Assembly (NCBI GenBank): GCA_030041155.1
Contig: JASHOJ010000047.1
Location: forward strand, 14,905-78,904
Direction of reading: 5' to 3'
DNA: 64,000 nt
Origin: Candidatus Binataceae bacterium
GTDB taxonomy: Bacteria > Desulfobacterota > Binatia > Binatales > Binataceae
This document shows positions 47,837 to 58,205 of this stretch, piece by piece. Within the stretch, counting starts at the first letter, position 1. The number at the start of each line of letters is the position of its first letter. A model generated the notes under the pieces. That model saw only the letters and a program-made list of their open reading frames with translations. It did no database searches and was not told the DNA's origin. Position numbers and translations under genes: made by a program.

Positions 47837-49225
47837 ATGCCGAATGTGGAGAAATATGACGACCTGATTATCGGCAGCGGAATCGCAGGCAAATTCGCGG
47901 CATGGAATCACGATAGCCGTCGCCGGACCGCAATTGTCGAGCGCGGGCTGCTCGGCGGTGCGTGTCCCAACGTCGCCTGCCTGCCGAGCAAGAACATGAT
48001 CTGGTCTGCCAAGGTAATCTCGCTTGCCCGGCGCGGCATGGAATTTGGGCTTACTACTGAATCGATGGGCGTCGACATGGTAGTTGTCCAAAGGCGCAAG
48101 CGCGCGATGGTCCGAGAGCTGCGCAAGGCGCATGAGGATCATACCAGAGCGAGCGGCGCGGAATTGATCTACGGCGTTGCGCGATTCGTCGCTGCGCGAG
48201 CGGTCGAAATCGAACTCTGCGGCGGCAGCACAAGAATCATCCACGCCGAGCGCGTGTTTCTGGATCTTGGTTCGCGCGCCGCAATCCCCGAAGTGCCCGG
48301 CCTCGCCGAGGCTACGCCGATGACCCATGTCGAGGCGCTGGAACTCGATCGCCTGCCACGGCATCTAATCGTGCTCGGGGGCGGCTACGTTGGCCTCGAA
48401 CTCTCCCAGGCGTTCCGCCGGTTCGGCTCGGAGGTGACGGTGATTGAACACGGCCCGCAACTGGCTAGCCGCGAAGATCCCGACGTCGGCGCCGCACTGA
48501 AGGATTTGTTCCTCGACGAAGGAATCGAGGTTGTGCTCGATGCCAGGACGCGCCGCGTTGAGGGACATTCCGGCAATCGGATTCGACTCTACGTCAATGA
48601 TCCACGCAGCGATCGCGCGCTCGAGGGCACGGATCTTCTCGTCGCGACTGGCCGCGAGGCAAACACCGATGGAATCGGGCTCGACAAAACCGGCGTTCAG
48701 CTCGACGAGCACGGATACATCAGGACTAACGAGCGGCTGGAAACCACCGCGGAAAATATCTGGGCGATGGGCGATTGCGCCGGCAGTCCGCAATTCACGC
48801 ACGTAGGCTTGGATGATTACAGCATTGTTCGCGCTAACCTAAACGGTGGCAATCGCACCAACCGCGATCGCCTGATCCCTTTCTGCATGTTTACTGATCC
48901 GGAACTGGCGCGGATCGGCAGGAACGAAGTCGAAGCGCGTCGCGACGGTATCGAATACCGAATGGCGAAGCTGCCGATGGCCGAAGTGCTCCGCACGAAA
49001 ACGATCTCTGAGCCGCGCGGCTTCATGAAGGCGCTGGTTGCGAAACACAGTGACGAGATTCTCGGCTTCGCGGCATTCGGATTCGAAGCGAGCGAGCTGA
49101 TGGTCGCGATGCAGACCGCGATGCTCGGTCGCCTGCCTTATACGGTATTGCGCGACGCGATCCTGACTCATCCAACAATGTCCGAAGGGCTAAGTCAGTT
49201 ACTGGCTAACGTTCCGGCGCGATAA
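47837..49225 (+). CDS. FAD-dependent pyridine-nucleotide-disulfide oxidoreductase (class I; MerA/Lpd-like)
   Basis: GSGIAG FAD motif, the redox-active disulfide GGACPNVACLPSK and a C-terminal HPT(M)SE dimerisation motif. GAGGGAGG ribosome-binding site. Confidence 0.75.
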   Translation: MPNVEKYDDLIIGSGIAGKFAAWNHDSRRRTAIVERGLLGGACPNVACLPSKNMIWSAKVISLARRGMEFGLTTESMGVDMVVVQRRKRAMVRELRKAHEDHTRASGAELIYGVARFVAARAVEIELCGGSTRIIHAERVFLDLGSRAAIPEVPGLAEATPMTHVEALELDRLPRHLIVLGGGYVGLELSQAFRRFGSEVTVIEHGPQLASREDPDVGAALKDLFLDEGIEVVLDARTRRVEGHSGNRIRLYVNDPRSDRALEGTDLLVATGREANTDGIGLDKTGVQLDEHGYIRTNERLETTAENIWAMGDCAGSPQFTHVGLDDYSIVRANLNGGNRTNRDRLIPFCMFTDPELARIGRNEVEARRDGIEYRMAKLPMAEVLRTKTISEPRGFMKALVAKHSDEILGFAAFGFEASELMVAMQTAMLGRLPYTVLRDAILTHPTMSEGLSQLLANVPAR

Positions 49226-49401
49226 AGCGCATTCCAAAGGAGTTATAACCGTCATGATTTTACGTCCACAGGGAATTTCTATCGATCGAAAAGCCTCTGG
49301 TTAGCGAGAATGAGCTGTCCGTTTCTTCAGACACAGTAAACAAGCCGCCTAATACAAGGGCGAGAATCGCTTGAATGCGCGGAGATAAGAGGGAGTCAGC
49401 A

Positions 49402-50151
49402 ATGCAAGCTTTAGAAGGTAAGACAGCGGTTATCACTGGAGGTAGCAGCGGAATTGGCCTCGCTACTGCGAAGCGTTTCGTTGCCGAGGGGGCGTTTGTC
49501 TTTATCGCGGGACGGCGCCAGGCGGAGTGCGATAAAGCCGCGAAAGAGATCGGCAGGAATGTAGTCGCGGTCGCCTGTGATGTGACCAAGCTGGAGGACC
49601 TAGATCGCCTCTACAAGGAAGTCGCAGCCAGGAAAGGCAAAATTGACATTCTCTTTGCAAACGCCGGCATGGTCGAAACCGTAGCCACACCCGCAGTGAC
49701 GCCGGAGCACTTCGATAGAACGTTCAACACCAATGCTCGTGGCGCGTACTTCACCGTCCAGAAAGCATTACCCCTGCTAAATGACGGCGCCTCAATAATA
49801 CTGACCGCGTCGGCAGTATGGCAGAAAGGGATGCCCATTTACTCGACCTACGCCGCCACCAAGGCCGCTATTCGATCATACGTTCGGACTTGGACGGCGG
49901 AGTTCGCGGCTCGCGGAATCCGCGCGAACGTAATCAGCCCGGGGCCAGTAGAAACGCCCATCTTTGAGGGGCAGTTCTCAACCAAAGAAGCCGCCGACGC
50001 GCTGCGCGAGCAGTTCAAGGCGAGCGTTCCACTGCATCGGATGGGGCGCCCGGAGGAAATCGCTTCGGCCGCGTTGTTTTTGGCCTCAAAAGAAAGCAGT
50101 TACATCACTGGCATTGATCTGCCCGTCGATGGCGGTCTAGTGGCAGTCTGA
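49402..50151 (+). CDS. SDR-family oxidoreductase
   Basis: TGGSSGIG, NAG and a YSTYAATKAA catalytic YxxxK motif. C-terminal GIDLPVDGGLVAV. Confidence 0.8.
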   Translation: MQALEGKTAVITGGSSGIGLATAKRFVAEGAFVFIAGRRQAECDKAAKEIGRNVVAVACDVTKLEDLDRLYKEVAARKGKIDILFANAGMVETVATPAVTPEHFDRTFNTNARGAYFTVQKALPLLNDGASIILTASAVWQKGMPIYSTYAATKAAIRSYVRTWTAEFAARGIRANVISPGPVETPIFEGQFSTKEAADALREQFKASVPLHRMGRPEEIASAALFLASKESSYITGIDLPVDGGLVAV

Positions 50152-50432
50152 CGCTTTAATGGCCAAACTTGATGCAGGCGACTAGTTCTAGACCTTAGCG
50201 AATCAACGTCCATGAGTGAAAAAATGTAGTTCCCCCACCTTGAAGTTAGTGACCGCTGCGGCGCCCCGGGCTCTCTCCTCCCCCGAGAACTCTAGTTCGA
50301 GGCGCCGCACTACTTGTGATTATCACCTGCGCACAGGAGACGAGCGCGAGAGCCATGCCGGAGGCGCGGTCGGCCCGAATCACGCGGACTTAGCGGCGCA
50401 ACGACATGATCGTCTGCGCCTCCAGCCGCTAA

Positions 50433-50486
50433 TATTACGACAGGGGCATCGATCCGCCCGTTGACGGCGGCCCAGTGTCGGTGTGA
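50433..50486 (+). pseudogene. remnant of a second SDR gene (C-terminal fragment ...YYDRGIDPPVDGGPVSV*)
   Basis: The translated fragment mirrors the C-terminus of the upstream SDR (ITGIDLPVDGGLVAV*). An in-frame stop and no ORF lie upstream. Confidence 0.45.
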
Positions 50487-50537
50487 CATTTCTCGTATCG
50501 GGCAGAAGCTCACGCAATCAATCTGTAGAGGTTCAAG

Positions 50538-51233
50538 ATGTCAGCCTTGAATGTACGAGGTCAGGACCGAGAACGATCCTTTAGCGAAGCGATCGCTGAA
50601 CGTCGCGCGACACCCAGCTTCGACGGCTCACCGGTACCCGATGAGGTGCTCGAGAAAATCATCCGAGCTGGAATCGAAGCGCCCAGCGGTTACAACCTTC
50701 AGCCGTGGCGATTTGTTGTGGTGCGCGCCGCCGAACAGAAACGTCGTTTGCGCGCCGCCGCGATGGGTCAGTCGAAGGTCGAAGAGGCCGGCGCGGTCAT
50801 CGTGTGCTGCGGCGATCCGGATGCTCCGCGTGGCAGAAGTCTGGAAGAAGTTCTGGCGGAAGCCGCAAAGCATGGCTTCACTCAAGAGCAGAATCAGCGG
50901 GTCAGGGAGACTGTAACCAAGATCTTCGGCGGACAGCCCGGAACTGCGTTGGGTCTCGCTCCGAGTTATGCCGTCTGGGTCAATCGCCACGTGATGATTG
51001 CTTTCACAACCATGTTGTGGATGGCAGAGGTCCTCGGCTACGACACCGCGCCAATGGAGGGGTTCTTCGAGGACAAGGTAAAGTCCGCGCTCAGCATCCC
51101 GGACCCCATACGCGTCGTAGCTCTATTGGGGATTGGCAAACGAAAAGGCCCTGACAAGCTTTATGCTGGCCGCCGCGATATGCGTAATGTCTGTTTCTCG
51201 GAGAGATGGGGCAACACCTTCCCGGGAGCTTGA
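50538..51233 (+). CDS. nitroreductase-family flavoprotein
   Basis: RRATPSFDGSPVPDEVLEKII...PSGYNLQPWRFVVV signature. Confidence 0.75.
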   Translation: MSALNVRGQDRERSFSEAIAERRATPSFDGSPVPDEVLEKIIRAGIEAPSGYNLQPWRFVVVRAAEQKRRLRAAAMGQSKVEEAGAVIVCCGDPDAPRGRSLEEVLAEAAKHGFTQEQNQRVRETVTKIFGGQPGTALGLAPSYAVWVNRHVMIAFTTMLWMAEVLGYDTAPMEGFFEDKVKSALSIPDPIRVVALLGIGKRKGPDKLYAGRRDMRNVCFSERWGNTFPGA

Positions 51234-51363
51234 TGAATGAGCATCCGCCCCACACACTGGGACGGCGGATAGCACGCAAATAACCCTTGACAAATCAAGA
51301 GAATTCTCATACTAGACTTGATGGGTCGGGAATTTCGGTCGGCCCAAATCGGGCGCGTTTTTC

Positions 51364-51392
51364 GTTGACCGGCGGGGTAAAGGTGGTTATAG
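51364..51392 (+). promoter_or_regulatory. sigma70 promoter of the isc operon
   Basis: TTGACC (51364-51369), 17-nt spacer, TATAGT (51387-51392). Located about 75 nt upstream of iscS. Confidence 0.5.
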
Positions 51393-51412
51393 TGGACTTA
51401 GTTGGTCCACTA
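51388..51412 (+). promoter_or_regulatory. IscR/Rrf2-type palindromic operator overlapping the -10 element
   Basis: ATAGTGGACTTAGTTGGTCCACTAA: 8-bp arms TAGTGGAC/GTCCACTA, about 19/25 matches to the IscR type-1 consensus. Confidence 0.4.
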
Positions 51413-51465
51413 ATTTGAGTCGGCGAAGCGGGGTACCTGCGATCCCCGAGCGGTGATGGAAATCG

Positions 51466-52683
51466 ATGTTGAAGACTCCCATATACATGGACAATCAAGC
51501 CACCACGCGCTGCGATCCGCGGGTGGTCGAAGCGATGCTGCCGTATTTCTCGGAGACGTTCGGCAACGCCGCGAGCCGCAATCATAGTTTTGGATGGCAG
51601 GCGGAAGAGGCGGTCGATAAGGCGCGCAATCAGATTGCGGCCCTGATCGGCGCAAAGTCCAAGGAAATAATCTTCACCAGCGGCGCAACCGAGTCCGATA
51701 ATCTCGCGATCAAGGGAATCGTCGAGTTTTATCGCGAAAAGGGCAATCACGTAATCACCTGCGTCACCGAGCACAAGGCGGTGCTGGATAGCTGCCGCGC
51801 GCTCGAGCGCCTGGGCAAGGCGAGCGTGACCTATTTGCCGGTGGATAAGTACGGGATGGTTGATCCCGATGCGGTCCGCAACGCGATTACCGACAAGACC
51901 GTTCTCGTCACGATCATGTACGCGAACAATGAGATCGGCACGGTTCATCCGATTCGCGAGATCGGCAAAATTGCCAAGGAAAAAGGCATCATCTTTCATT
52001 GTGACGCGGTGCAGGCGGTCGGAAAAATTCCGGTTGATGTTGAGCTGGATCAAATCGACCTGCTTTCGATGAGCGGTCACAAGATTTACGGCCCTAAGGG
52101 TGTTGGGGCTTTGTACGTTCGCTCCAAGGGGCCGCGGGTTCGCCTTAGCCCGATTATCGACGGCGGAGGCCACGAGCGCGGGATGCGATCCGGTACCCTG
52201 AATGTCACCGGTATCGTGGGCTTTGGCGCGGCGTGCGAGCTCTCGGGCAAGGAGATGCCTGAAGAGGCCGCCCGGTTGAAGGAACTGCGCAGCCGGCTAC
52301 AGGCGGGAATTTTCGAGCGGCTCGACGAGGTGTACCTAAACGGTCATCCGACCGAGCGGCTGCCTGGAAACCTGAACGTCAGCTTTGCGTACGTGGAAGG
52401 CGAATCGCTGCTGATGGGGATAAGCGATGTCGCGGTGAGCTCTGGCTCCGCGTGCACCTCGGCTACGCTCGAGCCGTCGTACGTGATTCGTTCACTCGGT
52501 GTGAACGAGGAGCTGGCGCATAGCTCGATTCGATTCGGCCTTGGCCGCTTCAATACCGCGGAGGAAGTTGACTATGTATCCGACCGCGTGACCAGGGAGG
52601 TCAAGCGGCTGCGCGAAATGTCGCCGCTGTACGAGATGGCGCGAGAAGGAATCGATCTCAAATCGGTGCAGTGGAAGTCGTAA
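51466..52683 (+). CDS. iscS: cysteine desulfurase IscS
   Basis: PLP-Lys motif [10 protein letters not shown] and the catalytic SSGSACTS loop. Confidence 0.9.
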   Translation: MLKTPIYMDNQATTRCDPRVVEAMLPYFSETFGNAASRNHSFGWQAEEAVDKARNQIAALIGAKSKEIIFTSGATESDNLAIKGIVEFYREKGNHVITCVTEHKAVLDSCRALERLGKASVTYLPVDKYGMVDPDAVRNAITDKTVLVTIMYANNEIGTVHPIREIGKIAKEKGIIFHCDAVQAVGKIPVDVELDQIDLLSMSGHKIYGPKGVGALYVRSKGPRVRLSPIIDGGGHERGMRSGTLNVTGIVGFGAACELSGKEMPEEAARLKELRSRLQAGIFERLDEVYLNGHPTERLPGNLNVSFAYVEGESLLMGISDVAVSSGSACTSATLEPSYVIRSLGVNEELAHSSIRFGLGRFNTAEEVDYVSDRVTREVKRLREMSPLYEMAREGIDLKSVQWKS

Positions 52684-52707
52684 GCCGAACTTAGGCGCGG
52701 AGGCGCT

Positions 52708-53130
52708 ATGGCATACTCGGACAAGGTTCTTGACCATTACAATAACCCGCGCAACGTCGGCAGCTTCGCCAAGGACGATGCCAATGTCGGTACCGGCGTG
52801 GTGGGCGCTCCGGAATGCGGCGACGTGATGAAGCTGCAGCTTAAGATCACCGATGACGGGGTAATCGAGGACGCGAAGTTCAAGACTTTCGGATGCGGCA
52901 GCGCGATTGCGAGTTCCAGCTATGTCACCGAGCTGGTTAAGGGCAAGAAAATCGATGAGGCGATGGCGATCAAGAACACTCTCATCGTCAAAGAGCTGAA
53001 CCTGCCTCCGGTCAAGATTCACTGCTCGGTGCTGGCCGAAGACGCAATCAAGGCCGCGATTAGCGATTGGAAGAAGCGCAGGGGCGCCGCAAGCCCGGCG
53101 GCTCCGGCTGATAAGGCGCAACAAGGCTGA
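52708..53130 (+). CDS. iscU: Fe-S cluster assembly scaffold IscU
   Basis: GAPECGD...FGCGSAIASS...LPPVKIHCS three-Cys scaffold. GGAGG ribosome-binding site. Confidence 0.9.
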   Translation: MAYSDKVLDHYNNPRNVGSFAKDDANVGTGVVGAPECGDVMKLQLKITDDGVIEDAKFKTFGCGSAIASSSYVTELVKGKKIDEAMAIKNTLIVKELNLPPVKIHCSVLAEDAIKAAISDWKKRRGAASPAAPADKAQQG

Positions 53131-53182
53131 TCGCGCGGCGCGACTGACTTCCGTCTGGCGCGTCTTTCATCCAGCCATCACG

Positions 53183-53500
53183 ATGATTTCGCTTTCGGAA
53201 AACGCGGTTCACAAGATCAAGACGCTGGTCGCCGACAAGGGCGTCGACGCGGGACTGCGAGTGAAAGTGGTCGGCGGCGGATGCTCGGGACTGTCGTACC
53301 GGATGGAAATCGACGCGGCAAAAGAGCGGGACAAGATTTTCGAGCGCGATGGCGCTAAACTTATAGTGGACAAGAAGAGCTTCCTTTATCTTAACGGCTC
53401 CGAACTCGATTACGCGGAAGAGCTGATGTCCTCGGGCTTTCGCGTAGTTAATCCCAATGCCAAGCGAAGCTGCGGATGCGGGGAGTCGTTCGTCGTATGA
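53183..53500 (+). CDS. iscA: Fe-S cluster insertion protein IscA/HesB
   Basis: GGGCSGLSY...CGCGESF motif. Confidence 0.85.
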   Translation: MISLSENAVHKIKTLVADKGVDAGLRVKVVGGGCSGLSYRMEIDAAKERDKIFERDGAKLIVDKKSFLYLNGSELDYAEELMSSGFRVVNPNAKRSCGCGESFVV

Positions 53501-53528
53501 CGGGCGAAAAGGATGTGGCGGGTCTTTT

Positions 53529-54176
53529 ATGGTCGAATGTCCGTCATGCGGACGGCGGCAAGAGCCGCATTTAACCTGCGCGAGCTGCGCCGCGCCGCTT
53601 GGGGTTGAGCTCGACTGCTTCGAGGCGCTCAGCCTGCCCAAGCGGCTGGCAATCGAGGATGAGGCGCTGGAGCGCGTCTATCACGATCTGAGCCGCCGCA
53701 TTCATCCCGACCGCTATGCGCAGGCGCCGGCCGGCTCGCGCGATGCCAGCATGAGATCAACCGCGCTTCTGACCCGCAGCTATCGCACGCTGCGCGATCC
53801 GGTTTCGCGCGGACTCTATTGGCTGGAGCTTCGCGGTCAGAAGCTCTCCGACGACAACAAGAGCGTGCCGCCGGAAATCGCGGACATGGTGTTCGAGGTG
53901 CAGGAGCAATTAGCCGAGTCGCGCGAAGCCAAGCGCGAGCATCGAGCGGAAAGCGCCGACCTGGCCGCGGGTCTGGAAGACCGGCGCGTGGTTCTGCAGA
54001 CCGCGATGAACGGCTATCAGACCGCGCTGCGCGGAAATTTTGTGATGTGGGATATGGACCGCCAGAGCCAGCAGGAACTCATATCCGAATTAAAATTGAT
54101 CCTGTCCAATATTGCATACCTGCGCACTCTGATGCGCGATGTGGATCATGGACTGGTCGAGTTGAAGGCGGCATAA
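53529..54176 (+). CDS. hscB: Fe-S co-chaperone HscB with an N-terminal Cys4 zinc finger
   Basis: CPSCG...CASC zinc finger, then a J-domain (RIHPDRY) and a C-terminal helical bundle. Confidence 0.75.
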   Translation: MVECPSCGRRQEPHLTCASCAAPLGVELDCFEALSLPKRLAIEDEALERVYHDLSRRIHPDRYAQAPAGSRDASMRSTALLTRSYRTLRDPVSRGLYWLELRGQKLSDDNKSVPPEIADMVFEVQEQLAESREAKREHRAESADLAAGLEDRRVVLQTAMNGYQTALRGNFVMWDMDRQSQQELISELKLILSNIAYLRTLMRDVDHGLVELKAA

Positions 54177-54178
54177 GG

Positions 54179-56059
54179 ATGCCCGCAATTCTGGGAATCG
54201 ATCTCGGAACCACCAACAGCCTGATCGCGGTGATGGACCACTCCTCGCCGCGGGTGATTGCCGACCAAGCGACTGCCAACAAAGACAGTGCGGCCACGCT
54301 GTTGCCGTCGGTGGTTGCCATCGCGCCGGATGGAAGCGTGGAGACAGGAAGGCGCGCAGTCGAGATGGAGCCTCACCTTACGGTCGAGAAAAACGGCGCG
54401 GTGAGCGCGGTTGGATTTCCAGGCGCCGAGCATGGCGCGGTGATTCGCTCGGTGAAGCGTTACATGGGGCTTGGCGGAGCGGAAATCGCGCCGGAAGACC
54501 GCGCGCGCTACACCTTCGCCGATCTTTCGGGACCGGTTGTCCGCTTTCAGGTGGGCCACCGGATCTTCACGCCGCCCCAGATTTCGGCGGAGATTCTGAA
54601 GGCGCTCAAGCATCGCGCCGAGCGCGCGCTGGGTGAGAGCGTCGACCGCGTCGTCATCACCGTACCGGCATATTTTAACGACGGTCAGCGGCAGGCGACC
54701 AAGGATGCGGGGCGGCTGGCCGGCCTTGAAGTTGTCCGGCTGGTAAATGAGCCGACCGCCGCTTCGCTCGCGTACGGGCTGGGCAAGATGGCCGAAGGCA
54801 AAGTCGCGGTTTATGATTTTGGCGGCGGCACCTTCGACATTTCGATCCTGAACATCAAGGAAGGCATCTTCGAGGTGCTTGCAACCAACGGCGACACGCA
54901 TCTGGGTGGCGACGATATCGACAATGCCGTCGTCGATTGGCTGCTGACCGGGCTTCCCGATGAATTGCGGCGCGAGCGCCGGGTATGGAATAGCGCGCGC
55001 GCGGCCGCGGAGAACGCCAAAAAAATCCTGACCGATAAGGCCGAGGCAGAAATCGCGCTGGAATTGCCCGGCGGCCGGACCATTGGAAAGACGCTTTCGC
55101 GCGCGCAACTGGAGGAGATCGCGCGTCCGTTTGTCGCGCGCACGCTTGAGCGATGCGCGATGGCGCTGGCCGACGCGAAGCTGGCCGCCGCCGATATCGA
55201 CGCGGTCGTGCTGGTTGGCGGGTCGACCCGGATGCCGATCGTCCGGAGGGACGTTGCGGCTGCGTTCGGGCGCGAACCGCTGTGCTCGATCGACCCCGAT
55301 CAGGTGGTTGCGCTTGGCGCGGCGGTCCAGGCCGGCGTTCTGATGGGCACCCAGGGGGATATGCTGCTGCTTGACGTGGTACCGCTGTCTTTGGGTATAG
55401 AGACTATGGGCGGGGTGATGGAGCGGCTGGTACATCGCAATACCACGATACCGACCAGCGTGACCGAGAAGTTCACGACGGCGGTGGACAATCAGACTCA
55501 CGTCGATATCCACGTGGTCCAGGGCGAGCGCGAGATGGCTGCCGATTGCCGCAGTCTGGCGCGCTTCAAACTCGGTCCGATTGAGCCGCAGCCGGCGGGG
55601 CTTGCGCGAGTGGCGGTGACATTTCTTATTGATGCGAATGGAATCTTGAACGTCAGCGCGCGCGACGAGCGCACCGGCCGCGAGCATTCGGTGGACGTCA
55701 AGCCGTCCTATGGCCTCAGCGAAGAGGAAATCGAGCGGATGCTCGAAGAGTCGATCGATCTGGGCGAACAGGATTTGGAGCGGCGGATGCTGATCGTGGC
55801 GCGCAACGACGCGGATCAGATTCTGGCCGCACTTCACAAACAGCTTAGCGAGTATCACAATCTGATTGACCGGAGCGAGCGTGCTCGAATTGAGGAGTTG
55901 ATGTCGCGGCTGGAGGCCGCGCGCGTCGGCGAGGATCGGCAGCTAATCGCGGGGCTGGTCGAGGAATTGAACGACCAGAGCACTCCATTCGCCGAACGGA
56001 TTATGGACGCCGCGATCAAGCACGCGCTGGAAAAGAAATCGGTCGAGCAGGTTTCATAG
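54179..56059 (+). CDS. hscA: Fe-S chaperone HscA (Hsp70 family)
   Basis: [19 protein letters not shown] and [10 protein letters not shown] Hsp70 signatures. Start is 2 nt after the hscB stop. Confidence 0.85.
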   Translation: MPAILGIDLGTTNSLIAVMDHSSPRVIADQATANKDSAATLLPSVVAIAPDGSVETGRRAVEMEPHLTVEKNGAVSAVGFPGAEHGAVIRSVKRYMGLGGAEIAPEDRARYTFADLSGPVVRFQVGHRIFTPPQISAEILKALKHRAERALGESVDRVVITVPAYFNDGQRQATKDAGRLAGLEVVRLVNEPTAASLAYGLGKMAEGKVAVYDFGGGTFDISILNIKEGIFEVLATNGDTHLGGDDIDNAVVDWLLTGLPDELRRERRVWNSARAAAENAKKILTDKAEAEIALELPGGRTIGKTLSRAQLEEIARPFVARTLERCAMALADAKLAAADIDAVVLVGGSTRMPIVRRDVAAAFGREPLCSIDPDQVVALGAAVQAGVLMGTQGDMLLLDVVPLSLGIETMGGVMERLVHRNTTIPTSVTEKFTTAVDNQTHVDIHVVQGEREMAADCRSLARFKLGPIEPQPAGLARVAVTFLIDANGILNVSARDERTGREHSVDVKPSYGLSEEEIERMLEESIDLGEQDLERRMLIVARNDADQILAALHKQLSEYHNLIDRSERARIEELMSRLEAARVGEDRQLIAGLVEELNDQSTPFAERIMDAAIKHALEKKSVEQVS

Positions 56060-56092
56060 CACGCGGACAGAACAGGAGAACGCAACAGTATC

Positions 56093-56311
56093 ATGGGTCT
56101 CAAGTGGGAGCAGGCCGAAGAACTGGCGGAAGTTCTGGCCGAAAATCATCCAGGCCTCAATCCGCTCGATGTGCGTTTTACGGATCTTCGCCAGTGGGTG
56201 GTTGACCTGGACGAATTCGGCGATGATCCAAAGGCATCCAATGAAGCCAAGCTGGAGGCAATCCAGATGGCTTGGAACGAAATTTACAAGGAACAGAGCG
56301 AAGAAGATTGA
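56093..56311 (+). CDS. iscX: Fe-S assembly protein IscX (YfhJ)
   Basis: MGLKWEQAEE...NPLDVRFTDLRQWVVDLDEFGDDP, an acidic 72-aa protein. Confidence 0.75.
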   Translation: MGLKWEQAEELAEVLAENHPGLNPLDVRFTDLRQWVVDLDEFGDDPKASNEAKLEAIQMAWNEIYKEQSEED

Positions 56312-56313
56312 AT

Positions 56314-56343
56314 AGACGCCCGGGGACAGGCGTCTTTAATTTA
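56314..56343 (+). terminator. intrinsic terminator of the isc operon
   Basis: AGACGCC-cggggaca-GGCGTCT followed by TTTAATTTAA. Confidence 0.55.
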
Positions 56344-56362
56344 AGCGAGGAGGTGGCGTGCG

Positions 56363-57001
56363 GTGGAAGCAGCTAGCGGGAGCTTGAGGGCGGCCGAGGG
56401 ACAAAAAATGCAGGAAAAGGAAACCCTGGACGAGAAGTTGCCGGGTCTTTTCGAGCCCGACACTCTGTTGCCGATCCAGTATTTCGAGGCGATGCGCAAA
56501 AAGCATCTGCTCGAAGGCGAAAAACGGCTCATTCTTAGCGTTCTCGAAGATGCGGTCGAATGCTTCATGAAGTGCATCGACGCCGGCACCAATAAGGGGC
56601 AGCGGCTGTTTCGCGATGCCGACGAATGGATCAATCACGAAGACAAGAAATGGGTCTTCTCATTCGACAATGTCTGCGACATGCTCGACATCAATCCCGA
56701 TTACATGCGGGTGGGCTTGCGCCGGTGGAAGGAAAAAAAGCTTGACCTGATTGCGCGGCGCCGCGCCGAGATCGAAGCTGAAGCCGCGTTCGCGCTGGCA
56801 AATCCGCAGGCCGCCGCCGCTATTGCCGCGGTGGCTATACATCCGGCTGCCGTGGCTCCTGCGAGCCCCAGCCGGATAGCGGCCAAGCCGATGCCGCCGG
56901 TTCGTCATAAGCCGGTGCATCAGGTAGCCGCGGTTCACGCCAAGGCGCACTCAAAGTCGCATGGCAAAACCCATGCGGCGCTGCACAAGGCGCACGGCTG
57001 A
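56363..57001 (+). CDS. hypothetical protein with an Ala/His/Lys-rich C-terminal tail
   Basis: GAGGAGG six nt upstream of the GTG start. An alternative ATG lies at 56408. No recognisable domain. Confidence 0.4.
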   Translation: MEAASGSLRAAEGQKMQEKETLDEKLPGLFEPDTLLPIQYFEAMRKKHLLEGEKRLILSVLEDAVECFMKCIDAGTNKGQRLFRDADEWINHEDKKWVFSFDNVCDMLDINPDYMRVGLRRWKEKKLDLIARRRAEIEAEAAFALANPQAAAAIAAVAIHPAAVAPASPSRIAAKPMPPVRHKPVHQVAAVHAKAHSKSHGKTHAALHKAHG

Positions 57002-57053
57002 GAACACTCGCGCATCGACTATCGACGCCACGACATTAATCGTCTTTAACACG

Positions 57054-57078
57054 GAGGCGGTCGGCTTTCGGCCGCCTC
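57054..57078. terminator. stem-loop between convergent genes
   Basis: GAGGCGG-tcggctttcgg-CCGCCTC. Confidence 0.25.
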
Positions 57079-57127
57079 TGCTCGTCCGATCGGGGACCGC
57101 GCGATTGCCGGCTCTTCTTCTGTCCAG

Positions 57128-58141
57128 CTACAGCGCGCGCCACGCGTCGCCGAGCCGCTCGATAGCACGCAGCACGCGTTTGCGCCGCTCCTCCGGCTCG
57201 CGAGCAAAGCACGAGAACTGGATCGCGCTGGCGGTTATTCCGGCGCGCTCATAGTCCTTGAGCCGCTTCGCGCACGCCTCCGGCGTGCCGAAGACAAAAA
57301 TCTTTTCGACCATCCCGTCGGGAATTGATTCGAGCGCTCTTTTGCGGTCGCCCGCCGCCCATGCATCGAAGGCGATGGAGGCTTCGTTTTCGTAGCCGAT
57401 TTCTTTGAAGAACTTGTTGTATTGCGGCACGGTGACGTAAGCGGTGAGAGAGCGCCGGAACATCGCGCGGACGGTCGCGTCGTCTTCATCGACCGCGCAG
57501 ATGATCCTGCACGCAACGTCAAGTTTGGACGGGTCTTTACCGCGCGCGCGCATCGCCGCGCGAGTTTCATCGAGCATCGGCGGAAGCGTCTCCGGAGTGA
57601 TGAAGTTGACGATCACGCCGTCGCCGATTTCGCCCGCGGTCCGCAGCATGAGCGATCCCTGCGCTCCAATGTAAATCGGCGGAGGGTTTTCGGTCGGAAT
57701 ATCAAGGCGGAAGCCGTTCATCCTGATCATCTTCCCGGACATCGTGACCTTCTCACCGCGAAAAATAGCGCGCAGCGCCTCCACCGTCTCGCGAATCATC
57801 GTGACCGGCTTGCGAAACGGCACGTCCATCCATTGCTGAACGATGTTGGGCGTGGAGATGCCAAGGCCGAGCACGAAGCGCCCGCCGGTTAGCTGCTGCA
57901 CCGTCATCGCGGACATCGCGATCAGCGCCGGGGGCCGCGTAAACACGGGCACGATCGCGGATCCGAAGTGCATCTTCGGCGAAAGCATCGCGGCCGCCGT
58001 TATCGGCGAGAACGCGTCGGTCGAGAACGATTCATACGACCACGCCTCGGTATAACCGCATCTGTCGGCCGCGCGCACCAGCTCGGGGAAATGCGAATTT
58101 GAAAACGGGTCGAAAGGGATCGTAATTCCAAGTTTCATCAT
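57128..58141 (-). CDS. LLM-class flavin/F420-dependent oxidoreductase
   Basis: Luciferase-like TIM-barrel N-terminus MKLGITIPF...YTEAWSYESFSTDAFSP. Confidence 0.7.
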   Translation of the reverse strand: MMKLGITIPFDPFSNSHFPELVRAADRCGYTEAWSYESFSTDAFSPITAAAMLSPKMHFGSAIVPVFTRPPALIAMSAMTVQQLTGGRFVLGLGISTPNIVQQWMDVPFRKPVTMIRETVEALRAIFRGEKVTMSGKMIRMNGFRLDIPTENPPPIYIGAQGSLMLRTAGEIGDGVIVNFITPETLPPMLDETRAAMRARGKDPSKLDVACRIICAVDEDDATVRAMFRRSLTAYVTVPQYNKFFKEIGYENEASIAFDAWAAGDRKRALESIPDGMVEKIFVFGTPEACAKRLKDYERAGITASAIQFSCFAREPEERRKRVLRAIERLGDAWRAL

Positions 58142-58205
58142 GACGGGTATTGCTCCACCGCGACGAATCTAGCGCAGGGTGATGCCGATCTGAAACCGCC
58201 GATAG

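Noticed and set aside
50216-50464. 82-aa ORF in the SDR-nitroreductase spacer
   Set aside because: Sits on a decayed SDR duplicate. Arg/Ser-rich and lacks an RBS. Interpreted as pseudogene debris.
54146-55858. 570-aa minus-strand ORF
   Set aside because: Antisense to hscA (Hsp70 signatures unambiguous). Arg-rich artefact.
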